DNA of 64,000 bases from Candidatus Binatia bacterium (GTDB lineage: Bacteria > Desulfobacterota > Binatia > Bin18): the NCBI GenBank assembly GCA_963664395.2, contig OY761159.2, positions 4,352,001 to 4,416,000 of the forward strand. Direction: 5' to 3'. A program made the position numbers and the translations under genes. Of this stretch, positions 28,067 through 38,112 are shown in pieces (position 1 is the first letter of the stretch; every line of letters begins with the position of its first letter). The notes under the pieces are model-generated. The model was not told the origin of the DNA. It worked only from the letters and a program-made list of their open reading frames with translations, and did no database searches.

Positions 28067-28903
28067 TTAGGCGTGCTCTCCATGATATTCAAAGAAATTC
28101 TTCGGGGTTTCCCATAAACCAATACGCAATAGATGTGCGTCCAGGCGCGGTCTGAGCAGGTTCCAAATAACGTGAACAATGTTTTCTCCCGTGGGGTTCA
28201 GACTGCGAAATTCTTCTGTGTCACGATTGAGATGTGTATGATCAAAACGCTCGATCACTTCTTCTTGCACAACCTGCATAAGCTCGACCAAGTCAAAAAC
28301 CATACCGGTCTGCGGGTCGATAGAGCCCGTGACGGTCACTTCCAGTTCGTAATTATGCCCATGCCCATGCAGATTATTACACTTGCCAAAGATTTCTCTG
28401 TTCTGCTCGTCGGATAAGTGCGGACTATGGAGACGGTGAGCGGCGCTAAAGCTGAACGATTTTGTGAGTGCGGCCATAGTCTTTCCCTCTCCGCCCGACA
28501 CATCGGACCAGAGTGTTGGTTCTTCATACAGGCGAACGCGCAAGAGCTGGGCTGCAATCTGCTCCGCACGCAGGCGGTCTTCAAGATAGTCTCGCATATA
28601 GGCGGCGAGGTTTTCCGTCGTAGGAATGCGACGGCTAAAGGCCGGATGGTCGAGATTAATGAATTTATGGTCAAACTGGCTGGTGACCTCTTTGAGTAAG
28701 CGATCGAGTTCCTTGATATTAATCACCATCCCGGTTTGCGGGTCGCTCTCTCCGTGAACGGTCACACGCAAGACATAATTATGCCCATGGCCGTACGGAC
28801 TGACGCATTTGCCAAAGGTCCGATAATTTTTTTCCTCTGAAAAATCGGGATTCCAATAGCGGTGAGACGCCTCAAATTCAACAAAGCGGGTGAGATGATA
28901 CAT
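28067..28903 (-). CDS. Two-domain 6-pyruvoyl-tetrahydropterin synthase (PTPS) family protein
   Basis: Tandem domains, each with F.A.HR...FGKC.....HGHNY, DH...N and T.EN. Confidence 0.92.
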   Translation of the reverse strand: MYHLTRFVEFEASHRYWNPDFSEEKNYRTFGKCVSPYGHGHNYVLRVTVHGESDPQTGMVINIKELDRLLKEVTSQFDHKFINLDHPAFSRRIPTTENLAAYMRDYLEDRLRAEQIAAQLLRVRLYEEPTLWSDVSGGEGKTMAALTKSFSFSAAHRLHSPHLSDEQNREIFGKCNNLHGHGHNYELEVTVTGSIDPQTGMVFDLVELMQVVQEEVIERFDHTHLNRDTEEFRSLNPTGENIVHVIWNLLRPRLDAHLLRIGLWETPKNFFEYHGEHA

Positions 28904-29044
28904 GGCTGCCTCAGTAGGGTGATCTCCCTGAGGATGCAGTAATAGCCATAGGGGGTCAAGTAGGATAATCGCGCCGCTCGACGTGGCAAAATCCGGGGGG
29001 CGGACGTTGCACCAGGACCGCTCGGAAATGTCCGCCCTGTGCAG

Positions 29045-30328
29045 TTAGGCTCGACAGGTCAGGAGGGCGATCTCGCGTGGAGTGAAAAGACGGATACGCT
29101 GACCTGTGACGCCCAGGCCTCGATTTACATACAGAAAACAATCCTCAAGGCTATACTGACCACGCGGAAAGCGGGTAATAAAGCGGGCCAAATTGAACTG
29201 ATGCGACTGGAACGGCAATGCAAATTGACCGCCATGGGTATGGCCGGACAGGGTGAGATCAATACCGAGACTGGCCGCCGCGGGGAAGATGTCGGGACGG
29301 TGCGACAATAAAATAGTGGGCTCCTGGCTCGGGAGGTCTGCTCTGAGGTGGGTGAGGGTGGTATCCGCGTCGAGTCCTCTGGCCCAATCCTTCCCGCGGT
29401 CGTCCAGACCGATGAGATGGAGTGTCGTGCCGGCAATAGCAAGACGGACGACTTGGTCCCGCAGCAGCGTAATATGGGTATAGTCCGTGAGGCCGGCCGC
29501 AACAGCTTGCGCTCCCGCATATCCATCATGGTTGCCAAGGCAGGCAAAGACTCCGTGCCGGGCATGGAGCGCGTTCAGATACGGGAAGAAGTCCGGGATA
29601 TACGCAGGATTGGAATCGAGTATATCGCCGGTCAGGAGAATGAGGTCTGGCCGGAGTTCATTGACCCGCTGCACATAGGTTTCGAGTTCCTGGGCGGTGA
29701 GATTCGTCCCGATATGGAGATCACTGATATGTGCGATTGTGAGATGAGGACTTGTGGCTGGCCAATGGGCAAGGGGGAATTCTATCCTGGATACGCGGAG
29801 CTGGCGCTGGCCGCCAAGGTAGCCATAGATGAAAAGGCCGGTAATGAGCACGAGGCTCACACCGGTAAAGAGTTGAAAGCCCTGTGTCAGCACGGGCTGC
29901 ACCGACAGGTGCAGTTCTGCAAAGGGGAGGAAGAAGCCGCATACGGTGACGAGGAAAGAGAGCAGGGCCCAGAGCACTCCACATAATACGAGAAAAACGA
30001 AGCAAAAGGCGGCGATAAAAGCCGAGGCAAAATAAATCCGGAGAGGTAAACGGAGGGCTGTGGGCAGGGTGGGCAGGCGTCGAGAGAAGCGCAGGAGAAA
30101 GAGATTCAAGCAAAAAAGGATCGGCGGGGTAGCGATGGACGTGATCACTGAAGGGGGAGAGTAAATCGGCAGAAAAACGCTCAAAAACCACACGGGCACG
30201 ATCCATTGAGACAGGCTGATGGTCATCAAGAGGAGGGTGAAGAAGTGAGCGAAAAAGAAGCGCGAGATCCAATGTGGGGCTCTCGGCGATGGTTGGTGCT
30301 GTGTAGTTTCAGTCTGATCAGTTGACAC
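29045..30328 (-). CDS. Membrane-anchored metallophosphoesterase (YkuE-like)
   Basis: N-terminal TM helices; SDLH, TGD, GNHD, LSH, SGHTHGGQ. Confidence 0.93.
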   Translation of the reverse strand: MSTDQTETTQHQPSPRAPHWISRFFFAHFFTLLLMTISLSQWIVPVWFLSVFLPIYSPPSVITSIATPPILFCLNLFLLRFSRRLPTLPTALRLPLRIYFASAFIAAFCFVFLVLCGVLWALLSFLVTVCGFFLPFAELHLSVQPVLTQGFQLFTGVSLVLITGLFIYGYLGGQRQLRVSRIEFPLAHWPATSPHLTIAHISDLHIGTNLTAQELETYVQRVNELRPDLILLTGDILDSNPAYIPDFFPYLNALHARHGVFACLGNHDGYAGAQAVAAGLTDYTHITLLRDQVVRLAIAGTTLHLIGLDDRGKDWARGLDADTTLTHLRADLPSQEPTILLSHRPDIFPAAASLGIDLTLSGHTHGGQFALPFQSHQFNLARFITRFPRGQYSLEDCFLYVNRGLGVTGQRIRLFTPREIALLTCRA

Positions 30329-30433
30329 AGTGATGGTCCGTGGGCTTTGAGAGAAGGAACTCCAGTACTGAAAGCTAGAGTGGAGCTAAGCCGAAGTAAA
30401 GCCGGGCAGACCCAGTAGCGTCAGTCGTAGTTA

Positions 30434-31186
30434 TTAGGCAATGGGGTCGGCTAAGGCTTGCAGGATACGCATCAGACGTTGGATCTCCTCGGGTTTAACA
30501 TCCTCAGGCAGTTCCACTATTGCCCGACGGCCGGTACCGAGTGGGATCTCTTGTCTACACAGGGAAGCGTCGGTCATAGAGCGAAAGGTGGGAGGCGGTG
30601 GTTGGGAGGGAAGGGGAGGTTCGAGAGCCAGCGATTTTTCAGCGGGGGCATGGGCGGCTTGAGGCGGAAGGGGAGAAGAGACGATTTGGGTACGAAGAAT
30701 ACCTAAGCCGGCGAAACGGGATGAGTCCAAGAATGCACGAGAAACGACTCCTGCGTTTTTTTTCGTAAATCTCTGTTTGATTATAAGCTGATTTGTAAGA
30801 TTCATGTCTGAAGGTAGCCCAGTCTGTTCATATTGGGACAGAAGTCGTTGAAAGACCGTCGGTCGCCCGAGAGCTTCACGCAGGGCACGACAACGCTCCG
30901 TCTCGCCCGAGGCATGTTCAATCCGGACGAAAAGATCGCTTACCCGGAGATCCTTCCCGATAGCTTCGAGTAGGCCGTACTGACGTAAGCTGCTGAGTTT
31001 TCTATTAAAAGGGCCAGATTGAGGGGCCAGTGTAATGTGTTCAGCAATAGATTCTCGACTGGTTGAGACCTGGTTTTCAATACGAAACACCTTCCGCGTA
31101 TCCTCAAGACAGTCCTGGAGGCTGTAGGAAGGAGCATTCGGACTTTTAGCCCGTGTGGTTTTTACCTGGAGTGGCAGACTATCCAT
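30434..31186 (-). CDS. Hypothetical protein, putative winged-helix DNA-binding
   Basis: AGGAGG RBS; SPNAPSYSL...KLSSLRQYGLL...LPSD; Pro-rich linker and small C-terminal domain. Confidence 0.75.
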   Translation of the reverse strand: MDSLPLQVKTTRAKSPNAPSYSLQDCLEDTRKVFRIENQVSTSRESIAEHITLAPQSGPFNRKLSSLRQYGLLEAIGKDLRVSDLFVRIEHASGETERCRALREALGRPTVFQRLLSQYEQTGLPSDMNLTNQLIIKQRFTKKNAGVVSRAFLDSSRFAGLGILRTQIVSSPLPPQAAHAPAEKSLALEPPLPSQPPPPTFRSMTDASLCRQEIPLGTGRRAIVELPEDVKPEEIQRLMRILQALADPIA

Positions 31187-31207
31187 ACCTTACCTCCTAT
31201 AAAGCGG

Positions 31208-31237
31208 TTATCCACAGGAAACAAGAGATGTGGATAG
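31208..31237. promoter_or_regulatory. Two inverted DnaA-box-like 9-mers
   Basis: TTATCCACA (perfect) at 31208 and TGTGGATAG (1 mismatch) at 31229, beside an AT-rich intergenic region. Confidence 0.5.
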
Positions 31238-31760
31238 AGTAATATATTATTCGTAAAGTCATATTACTCACAAATAATGAGTAAACATTACTAAATAGAA
31301 GATATATTCAATACCAATGTTATGGAGCATCGGCATAGCCAGTTGAGTGCCGTATTACCTTGGGTAATGGATAGATTTGATGGTGTGAAGTCCGGTCCGC
31401 ATAAAAGGACCGGGACAAGAATAAATAGTAATATAAAGAGTAAACACTTCTTAGAATAATATACTATAGCTTGATACATTACTTTTTGATGGCTAAAAAT
31501 ATCATAGTAAATTTATTACTATAATTTGATGAAATAAACTTGAAAATATATATTTATTACTAATAGATCGATAATAGGAAGGGGATATTTCTTGACCCTC
31601 CGAGCGATAATTTTTATGCTTCCATACTGAGGAGAGGCTCGGTATAGAGGAAGAGGGTAGGATTGCGAGGCCGACACGAATTAGGTTGCGTCCAGTCGCC
31701 ATCAGCACCTATGGTGCTGATGGGGGCGAGACAACAAGGAGACCCACAAGTGGGGGCACT

Positions 31761-32480
31761 ATGACGAGTCAAAATCTCAGCAAAGGGGTGACAAAGAAGC
31801 GGCAGCCCAAGCCGGCGGAACATTCAAGTGGAAAGATCTCAATTGTTCTTGTCGACGACCATCCGATTTTTCTGTCCGGACTCCAGCAGTTGTTTCGAAA
31901 ACGGTCTGACTTTGAACTCCTTGGCGTAGCGGAAAATATCGCCGATCTTGAGAAGCTCCTCGAAAAGAAAAAGCCTCAGGTTATCCTTATGGATTTCGAG
32001 CTTCCCGAGGGGGATGGGATTAGTGCGACTGCCTTTGTCCACAAGCAGTCGCCGGAAACGAAGGTAGTCATGCTCACCGGCTATGACAACCCGGCTCTTA
32101 TCTTTCGCGCCCTGAAGGTTGGGGCAGTCGGTTACCTGCTCAAAAATACCCGCTCTAAAGAGATTCTTGAAACACTTCGAAAAGTCGCGGACGGAGAAGT
32201 TTTTTTGAACCCTGACTTAGCCAGCAAGTTCCTGCACGAGTTTCAACGTGATCAAGAGGTCGAAGAGCTGAGACGCCTGGTCCAAACACTCACGAATCGA
32301 GAGGAGGAAGTATTGCGCTTGGTAGCAACAGGCGCTTCGAATAAAGAAATCAGTCAGCAGCTCTTTATTAGTGAACTCACCGTCAAAATGCACCTTGCGA
32401 GTATTTTCCGAAAGTTGCAGGTGAATGACCGGACGAAGGCGGCGGTCCTGGCGCTGAAAGCCGGATTGGGGGACGAGTGA
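31761..32480 (+). CDS. NarL/LuxR-family response regulator
   Basis: VDDH, MDFELP, YLLK; LTNREEEVL..GASNKEI..TVKMH. Confidence 0.95.
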   Translation: MTSQNLSKGVTKKRQPKPAEHSSGKISIVLVDDHPIFLSGLQQLFRKRSDFELLGVAENIADLEKLLEKKKPQVILMDFELPEGDGISATAFVHKQSPETKVVMLTGYDNPALIFRALKVGAVGYLLKNTRSKEILETLRKVADGEVFLNPDLASKFLHEFQRDQEVEELRRLVQTLTNREEEVLRLVATGASNKEISQQLFISELTVKMHLASIFRKLQVNDRTKAAVLALKAGLGDE

Positions 32481-33934
32481 TACGGCTGGTCTCTATGATG
32501 CTGTGCGCGCTCTCCCTTGTGCTATTGGGAACGAGAGGCGCGGTTGCCGAAGCGGAGGAGGAGACGAGGGTACGGCAACTCCTGGCCGAGTGTCAGGCTG
32601 CCTATCATCGCCTTGTCGACTACCGCGGCACGTTACGGCACGAAGTATGGGAAAAGGGCGGTGTTCACCGGCAACACGATATTGAGGTAACCTTCCGCAA
32701 GCCAGCCTTTCTGCTCATGCAGTGGCAATCGGGCTTATACAACGGAACAACCTTGCTCACCAGGCCAACCCGGGCCATGGGAACAATTTTTATCAGACTA
32801 GGCGGCTGGTTTGATTATGTCAGGGTCAGTATTCCGCCCACGGAAATCAGTGACCCTTTTGCTCCCGCACTCAAAGATGTAAACGCGTGGTTATATGCGC
32901 TCAGAGCACTCTCTCAACGGCCGAGCGCTGACCGGAGCCTCCAGCTTGTCGCCCTTCAGCCGGGAGACCCAGAACTGGCCGAAGGGCGGGTGATTCTGTC
33001 AGTGCCTGCTTTTCTTATTCCGTTTCAAGACAATACGGTCGCTATGTATGAGTTTGTCATTGAGCGGGGAACAGGCCTGCCGCTCGAACTCATACTCCGA
33101 GGGGCATCCGGAGAGGTGCGCCAACGCTTGTCGTATATGGACCTGCAGGTCAATACGGGTATTTCACAGCAAGTCTTTGAGCGCGAATCCGCCACTTTCG
33201 GGAATCGCAGTGTGTTTCGACCGGGGACTGAGCTGGATGTACGCGGATTTACCCAAAATTGGTTGCGCCGCGCAGGCGAAATACAAGACTATACCGGTGT
33301 GTGGGTGACAGAAGCGCGGCAGGGGAGTCGCCTGAGCCGTCGGACGGCGACGTTCAAGTTTCGGAAACCGTTCGATGTGTATATAGCGTGGGAGGAGGAT
33401 AGTGGCGAGCTCAAAGAGGCGTTATTCCGAGCGGGCTGGAACAGGGAACGCGTGCGCGTGCGGGCTTCGCTGCTGGGTATACCAGTCATTGGTGACCTTG
33501 TGCCAGACGGCTCGTGGATGCAGCGGGAGTCACGCTATGCTCTCAAAGAATTCGGTTTTGGTCAGGTTGTCGAACGGCTGCAGACGCAACTCTTACAAGG
33601 ATGGCTGCGGGGCGAGTTGGAAGTGCAGTTCCGTGGTATTCAGGAACAGGACGGCCGCCCTTGCTATGTTTTGGAATTTATCTTTCCGAATAGTCAATGG
33701 CGGACCCATCCATACTATCGTATCGTGCTGCACTGGGATATTGTCTATCGAGTTCCGGTCAAACAAGAAGCCTATGATTGGAACAATCAGCTGGATACAC
33801 GCTACGGATTTCAGGACCTCCGCTTCAACGTCTCCCTGAATGACCACGACTTTAACTCAGCAAATCTAGAATATGGCTTTCTCTTATTCCGGCGCGTCCC
33901 GTGGCTTGATTGGTTCCTGACGGGACGGGAGTGA
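32477..33934 (+). CDS. Exported protein with two DUF1571/LolA-like domains
   Basis: Signal peptide; internal duplication (DYRG..FRKP..LSYMDLQVNTG / DYTG..FRKPF..YGFQDLRFNVSL..DF..N.EYGF). Confidence 0.7.
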   Translation: MIRLVSMMLCALSLVLLGTRGAVAEAEEETRVRQLLAECQAAYHRLVDYRGTLRHEVWEKGGVHRQHDIEVTFRKPAFLLMQWQSGLYNGTTLLTRPTRAMGTIFIRLGGWFDYVRVSIPPTEISDPFAPALKDVNAWLYALRALSQRPSADRSLQLVALQPGDPELAEGRVILSVPAFLIPFQDNTVAMYEFVIERGTGLPLELILRGASGEVRQRLSYMDLQVNTGISQQVFERESATFGNRSVFRPGTELDVRGFTQNWLRRAGEIQDYTGVWVTEARQGSRLSRRTATFKFRKPFDVYIAWEEDSGELKEALFRAGWNRERVRVRASLLGIPVIGDLVPDGSWMQRESRYALKEFGFGQVVERLQTQLLQGWLRGELEVQFRGIQEQDGRPCYVLEFIFPNSQWRTHPYYRIVLHWDIVYRVPVKQEAYDWNNQLDTRYGFQDLRFNVSLNDHDFNSANLEYGFLLFRRVPWLDWFLTGRE

Positions 33935-35439
33935 TGAGCCAGGCTAAGGCACTCATCACGCTTGAAGCTGGAACTGCTGGAGGCCTGTTGGGTCTCCTGT
34001 TGGCTGCGATTGGTTTAGTCGCGTTTAATCTCGGCTATCTTGATCTGTACCAAGCATTTGTTCCGCTGCTGTGCATAGGGGTGTTGTTGCGGGTCGAGGT
34101 GGGACAAGATTGGTTCTTATCTCTCTTACTCTTTGCTGTTACGAGCTCACTGCTGTATACGGTTGGGCTGTTTGCCTTGCCATTACTCCTCGGAGCAATA
34201 GTACTCAGTCTGCCGCTCGCTTTTGTGGTGAAATGGTGGGGCGTCGATGCGGTTCCACAAACCGTACGAGAGGATGTCCGCCCAGTCCGACGGATCCTTG
34301 AACTGTGTGGGCTGCTACAAATTGCGCTCTTTTCCCGGTATATCGTGTACCGTTCGAGCGGCGGCGACATTCCCATTCATATTGGAGAATTTGAAGAGCT
34401 GGCGCGATTCATATTAAGCGAAGCAAGCGGGTGGGCTGTTTTTGCCCTGGGCTATGGATTCCAGCACCGGGCGCGGTATGGAACACTCTATACGTCGGGG
34501 CTCGACTTTGCGGGAAGTTTCCCGACGCTGATGATTACGGGACTGCTTTTGGTCACGCCGTATAGTGCGATCATGACCCTTGGGGTCAATACGTTTGGGA
34601 TTGCGGGGCTATACTTGAGTGCCATTCCAGTTGGGGCGGCCCATGTGCTCATGCGGACACTCACGCAGCGCAGAAAAGAAATCGAACGTCAAAATACGCA
34701 GCTCCAACTGATGAACGTAGACATGGCCAGAAGCGAACGCATGGCGGCCATTGGACATATGTCATCTACGATTTCGCATCAGATTCTCCAAAAAATCGGC
34801 CTCTTAGGTCTTCAGTGCGACCTCTTACGAGACACGCTGGACGAGGTGCAACAGCCCACCCTCGAGACGCTGGAGGAGGCGTACCAACGGGTCGAACAAC
34901 TCGATGCCGCGATTACAGATTTGAATACCACGCTATCTGATCTGCTTGTCTTTTCCCGTGACTTTGCCGTCCATCTTGAGCGTGGGTTACTGAGCGAGCT
35001 CCTGCAAGAGGCCGGGCGAGAAATTCATGAGGCCGCTCGTACGCGAGGGGTTACGCTCCGTTATGAGCTGGAAGCGCAGAGCGAGGGACTCCTCGTTCCT
35101 TTTGATCGCATTAAGCTCAAGCAGGCCATCCTGAATCTCTTGACGAACGCGCTGGAAGCCTCACCGGGAGATGGACAGATTACGATGGGCGCGCGACAGA
35201 TACAGGATCGGGTGCAGGTCACAATCCGCGATACGGGCACGGGTATTCCTGAAGGAGTGCGCGAACAGATATTTGCCCCATTTGTTTCCACAAAGAAAAC
35301 TGGTGCCGGCTTAGGCTTGGCCTTCACGCAGAAAATCATTGAGCTCCATAATGGGACTATCTCCGCGCATAATAATGCAGATGGGGGTGCGACCTTTACC
35401 CTTGCTCTTCCACTCACGTGGCCAGCACAAAAGGGATAG
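33934..35439 (+). CDS. Membrane sensor histidine kinase with atypical H-box
   Basis: Multiple TM helices; ERMAAIG..ISHQI; NLLTNALEA, DTGTGI, FAPFVSTK, GAGLGL. Confidence 0.92.
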   Translation: MSQAKALITLEAGTAGGLLGLLLAAIGLVAFNLGYLDLYQAFVPLLCIGVLLRVEVGQDWFLSLLLFAVTSSLLYTVGLFALPLLLGAIVLSLPLAFVVKWWGVDAVPQTVREDVRPVRRILELCGLLQIALFSRYIVYRSSGGDIPIHIGEFEELARFILSEASGWAVFALGYGFQHRARYGTLYTSGLDFAGSFPTLMITGLLLVTPYSAIMTLGVNTFGIAGLYLSAIPVGAAHVLMRTLTQRRKEIERQNTQLQLMNVDMARSERMAAIGHMSSTISHQILQKIGLLGLQCDLLRDTLDEVQQPTLETLEEAYQRVEQLDAAITDLNTTLSDLLVFSRDFAVHLERGLLSELLQEAGREIHEAARTRGVTLRYELEAQSEGLLVPFDRIKLKQAILNLLTNALEASPGDGQITMGARQIQDRVQVTIRDTGTGIPEGVREQIFAPFVSTKKTGAGLGLAFTQKIIELHNGTISAHNNADGGATFTLALPLTWPAQKG

Positions 35440-35447
35440 CGAAGCGT

Positions 35448-36203
35448 ATGCAGTTACGTGCTTCACTGGCACTGGTGACAGGTGCCGGTCGCCGTATAGG
35501 ACGGGAGATTGCCGTTGCCTTAGCCCAAGGCGGCGCTGATCTGATCCTGCACGCCCATACATCGTCAGGAGAGGAGACGCAACGTGCGGTTCAGCAATGT
35601 GGCCGCCGCGCATGGATCGTACGTTGCGATTTGTCAAAACGGTGCGATGTGCAGCGTTTAGCCAGCGAAGCACTGGCAAAAACAGGTACAATTGACATTC
35701 TCATCAATAATGCGGCTGTTTTCTTTCCCACTCCCATAGCGACCCTGACGGCAAAGGATTGGCGCGTGTTGCGTCAGACGAATATGTCAGCGCCCTTCCT
35801 CTTATCGCTGCTCATCGGCAGGCGGATGTATCAGCAGGGGCGCGGCAAAATCGTATTTCTTGGTGATTGGAGCGGCCGGCGACCAAGTCGAGACTTTCTT
35901 CCCTACTGCGTATCCAAGGCTGGGGTACATACGCTGACGCAAGCGCTCGCAAAGGCATTTGCTCCCCATGTCCAGGTCAACGAAGTCGTCCCCGGCCCGG
36001 TCTTACTACCCGAAGACTATGGTCCAGGCCGGCAAGAAGAGCTTCGCGTGCACACGCCGCTGCAACGCTTGGGTAGCCCGCGCGACATTGCTCGTACAGT
36101 CCGCTTTCTTATGGAATCGGGTGGTTTTGTGACGGGTGCCAGCTACGTGGTTGATGGCGGTTGGCTGGCCAAGGGACCAGATGGCACTGAGACCTCGGTA
36201 TAA
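35448..36203 (+). CDS. Pteridine reductase (PTR1/FolM-like SDR)
   Basis: TGAGRRIG (Arg in the Gly-rich loop), INNAAVF, YCVSK, PGPVLLP. Confidence 0.85.
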   Translation: MQLRASLALVTGAGRRIGREIAVALAQGGADLILHAHTSSGEETQRAVQQCGRRAWIVRCDLSKRCDVQRLASEALAKTGTIDILINNAAVFFPTPIATLTAKDWRVLRQTNMSAPFLLSLLIGRRMYQQGRGKIVFLGDWSGRRPSRDFLPYCVSKAGVHTLTQALAKAFAPHVQVNEVVPGPVLLPEDYGPGRQEELRVHTPLQRLGSPRDIARTVRFLMESGGFVTGASYVVDGGWLAKGPDGTETSV

Positions 36204-36946
36204 TCCGTCTGGCACGGAGCTCCCGGGGCAAAATGGTACACAAATCGACGCTGCTGTGCAGAATACGCAAGCAGCGTCGAAGAACACGTGCCATAGCCAT
36301 CGAGGTGGATACACAGGCCGTTGCGCGGGTCTTCCGCCCGTGGGTCGAGCGGCGTGGCATGGTCGGCAAGTCGCTCATGGAGGAGGTGAAAAAGCTCTGC
36401 AATGGAAAAAGGCGACTCGGCTGCCGTTGCCATTTTTTTTGCCACCGCCTGAAAATGTTGAAAGGAGCGGGCGATCTTGGGACATTCGGGATCGTTCAGA
36501 TCCATATTGGTCAGCAAATGGACCCCAGGCTCAAGCTGCTGTACGCGGATGGTATGCTCAACTGGATGGAGGATGTAGGCTTCCTGGTCATCGACCAGGA
36601 GGAGGTTAAAGGGGTTATAGCGTTCGGCAGCTTGGTGCCGAACGGACGTGGCAGCCAGGCGGGCAGACTCTGACTGGAGGGCATCGAGGCTCAACAATCC
36701 ACGCGAACGCCGGTGTGGGTCAGCCGGTTGTGGTGTATGACGGTTTAACATACCAGCAATAAGCCCATGCTCGTTCACACCGAGCCAGGTTCCCCCGGCA
36801 ATGAGGTCTTTGCCGCCAAAAATCCAGGGCGTGTGTTGAAGCACTACGGGGGCGGCGGAGGGACGACTCAAGGTCTCATCCCGGTTTGCCGCCACAACCA
36901 CAGGATAGTCCAGAAAGACCTGAAAGTATAAGGCGAGCGTGCACAT
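36143..36946 (-). CDS. NRDE/TANGO2 family protein
   Basis: MCTL, ANRDE, GKDLIAGGTWLG, SRG, YNPFNL, YGTCSST. Confidence 0.93.
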   Translation of the reverse strand: MCTLALYFQVFLDYPVVVAANRDETLSRPSAAPVVLQHTPWIFGGKDLIAGGTWLGVNEHGLIAGMLNRHTPQPADPHRRSRGLLSLDALQSESARLAATSVRHQAAERYNPFNLLLVDDQEAYILHPVEHTIRVQQLEPGVHLLTNMDLNDPECPKIARSFQHFQAVAKKMATAAESPFSIAELFHLLHERLADHATPLDPRAEDPRNGLCIHLDGYGTCSSTLLAYSAQQRRFVYHFAPGAPCQTDYTEVSVPSGPLASQPPSTT

Positions 36947-37066
36947 AGCGCGCCGTAGTATAGGGTGGGGAGGGCTATGTGGCAAGGGGGAATGGGGTGG
37001 GTTCACGTTGTGTTTCAGCTACCCCTATGATAGGGTCTGCCGACACGTATCCACCGAGGGGGAAGA

Positions 37067-38038
37067 ATGTTCGAATCTGTTGATGACGTTATTTCAAGAT
37101 TCTCAGGCCAGAAATATATTTGCAACCGACAAATCGCGACCGTTGTCTATTTAGCCACTCAACTGCACAAGCCCATACTCGTCGAAGGACCCGCTGGCGT
37201 AGGGAAAACGGAACTGGCCAAAGTGGTGGCCGGTGCGCTGGACTGTGAATTGCTGCGCCTGCAGTGCTACGAGGGCCTTGATGAGGCCAAAGCCTTATAC
37301 GAATGGGAGTATGCCAAACAGCTGCTTTATACCCAGATTCTGAAGGACAAAATCAGTGAGGTGCTTGAAGGCACGACAACGTTGAAGGAGGCCGTTGAGC
37401 GCATTGGTAAGCAGGATAGTGTCTTCTTCTCGGAACGCTTTATTCTGCCCCGCCCCTTGTTGCAAGCGATATCCTCTGAGCATCAGCTGGTGTTACTGAT
37501 TGACGAGATCGATAAATCGGACAGTGAGTTTGAGGCATTTTTGCTTGAGGTCTTGAGTGACTTTCAGGTGAGTGTGCCAGAGCTTGGAACGATTCGAGCC
37601 AAGCAGCTTCCGGTTGTTGTCTTGACCAGTAATAATGTGCGTGAGATGTCGGACGCGCTCAAACGGCGCTGTCTACACCTGTTCATAGATTTCCCGAGCC
37701 AGGAGCAAGAGCTAGAGATTGTGAAGCTCAAGGTACCGGGGATCGCCGCGCAGTTAGCCAGTCAGGTGGTTGAAGTCGTCCAGTCGATCCGCAAACTTGA
37801 CCTCAAAAAAGCCCCAAGTATCAGCGAGACCCTGGATTGGGCGAAAGCGCTTACTTTGCTCAATGTGCACCGGCTCGAAGAATCTCAGGTCAATGAGACG
37901 CTCAACACGATCTTGAAGTATGAAGGGGATGTACGCAAGGCAGAGGCGGAGTTGAAAGAATATATCAGCCGTCAGAAGGCGAAGGCCGAGACAGGGACAG
38001 CGAGCCAGGCACAAGACGACAAAGACCTCCTCCACTAG
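37067..38038 (+). CDS. MoxR-family AAA+ ATPase (CoxD-like)
   Basis: EGPAGVGKT, LQCYEGLDE, LLIDEIDK, DALKRRC. Confidence 0.95.
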   Translation: MFESVDDVISRFSGQKYICNRQIATVVYLATQLHKPILVEGPAGVGKTELAKVVAGALDCELLRLQCYEGLDEAKALYEWEYAKQLLYTQILKDKISEVLEGTTTLKEAVERIGKQDSVFFSERFILPRPLLQAISSEHQLVLLIDEIDKSDSEFEAFLLEVLSDFQVSVPELGTIRAKQLPVVVLTSNNVREMSDALKRRCLHLFIDFPSQEQELEIVKLKVPGIAAQLASQVVEVVQSIRKLDLKKAPSISETLDWAKALTLLNVHRLEESQVNETLNTILKYEGDVRKAEAELKEYISRQKAKAETGTASQAQDDKDLLH

Positions 38039-38112
38039 AATGAATAAATGTGTCCTCAACAGACATGCCGATGATGTTGACACATTTATTCATCGGACCA
38101 GCGTGAGGCTGT

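Noticed and set aside
28067-28903. Calling this gene queD
   Set aside because: The motifs favour PTPS-II and there are no queC/queE neighbours, so the symbol is withheld.
31187-31700. Possible oriC (DnaA boxes plus AT-rich DNA)
   Set aside because: Only two boxes, no dnaA/dnaN/gidA context, and the dif/KOPS evidence points to a terminus region.
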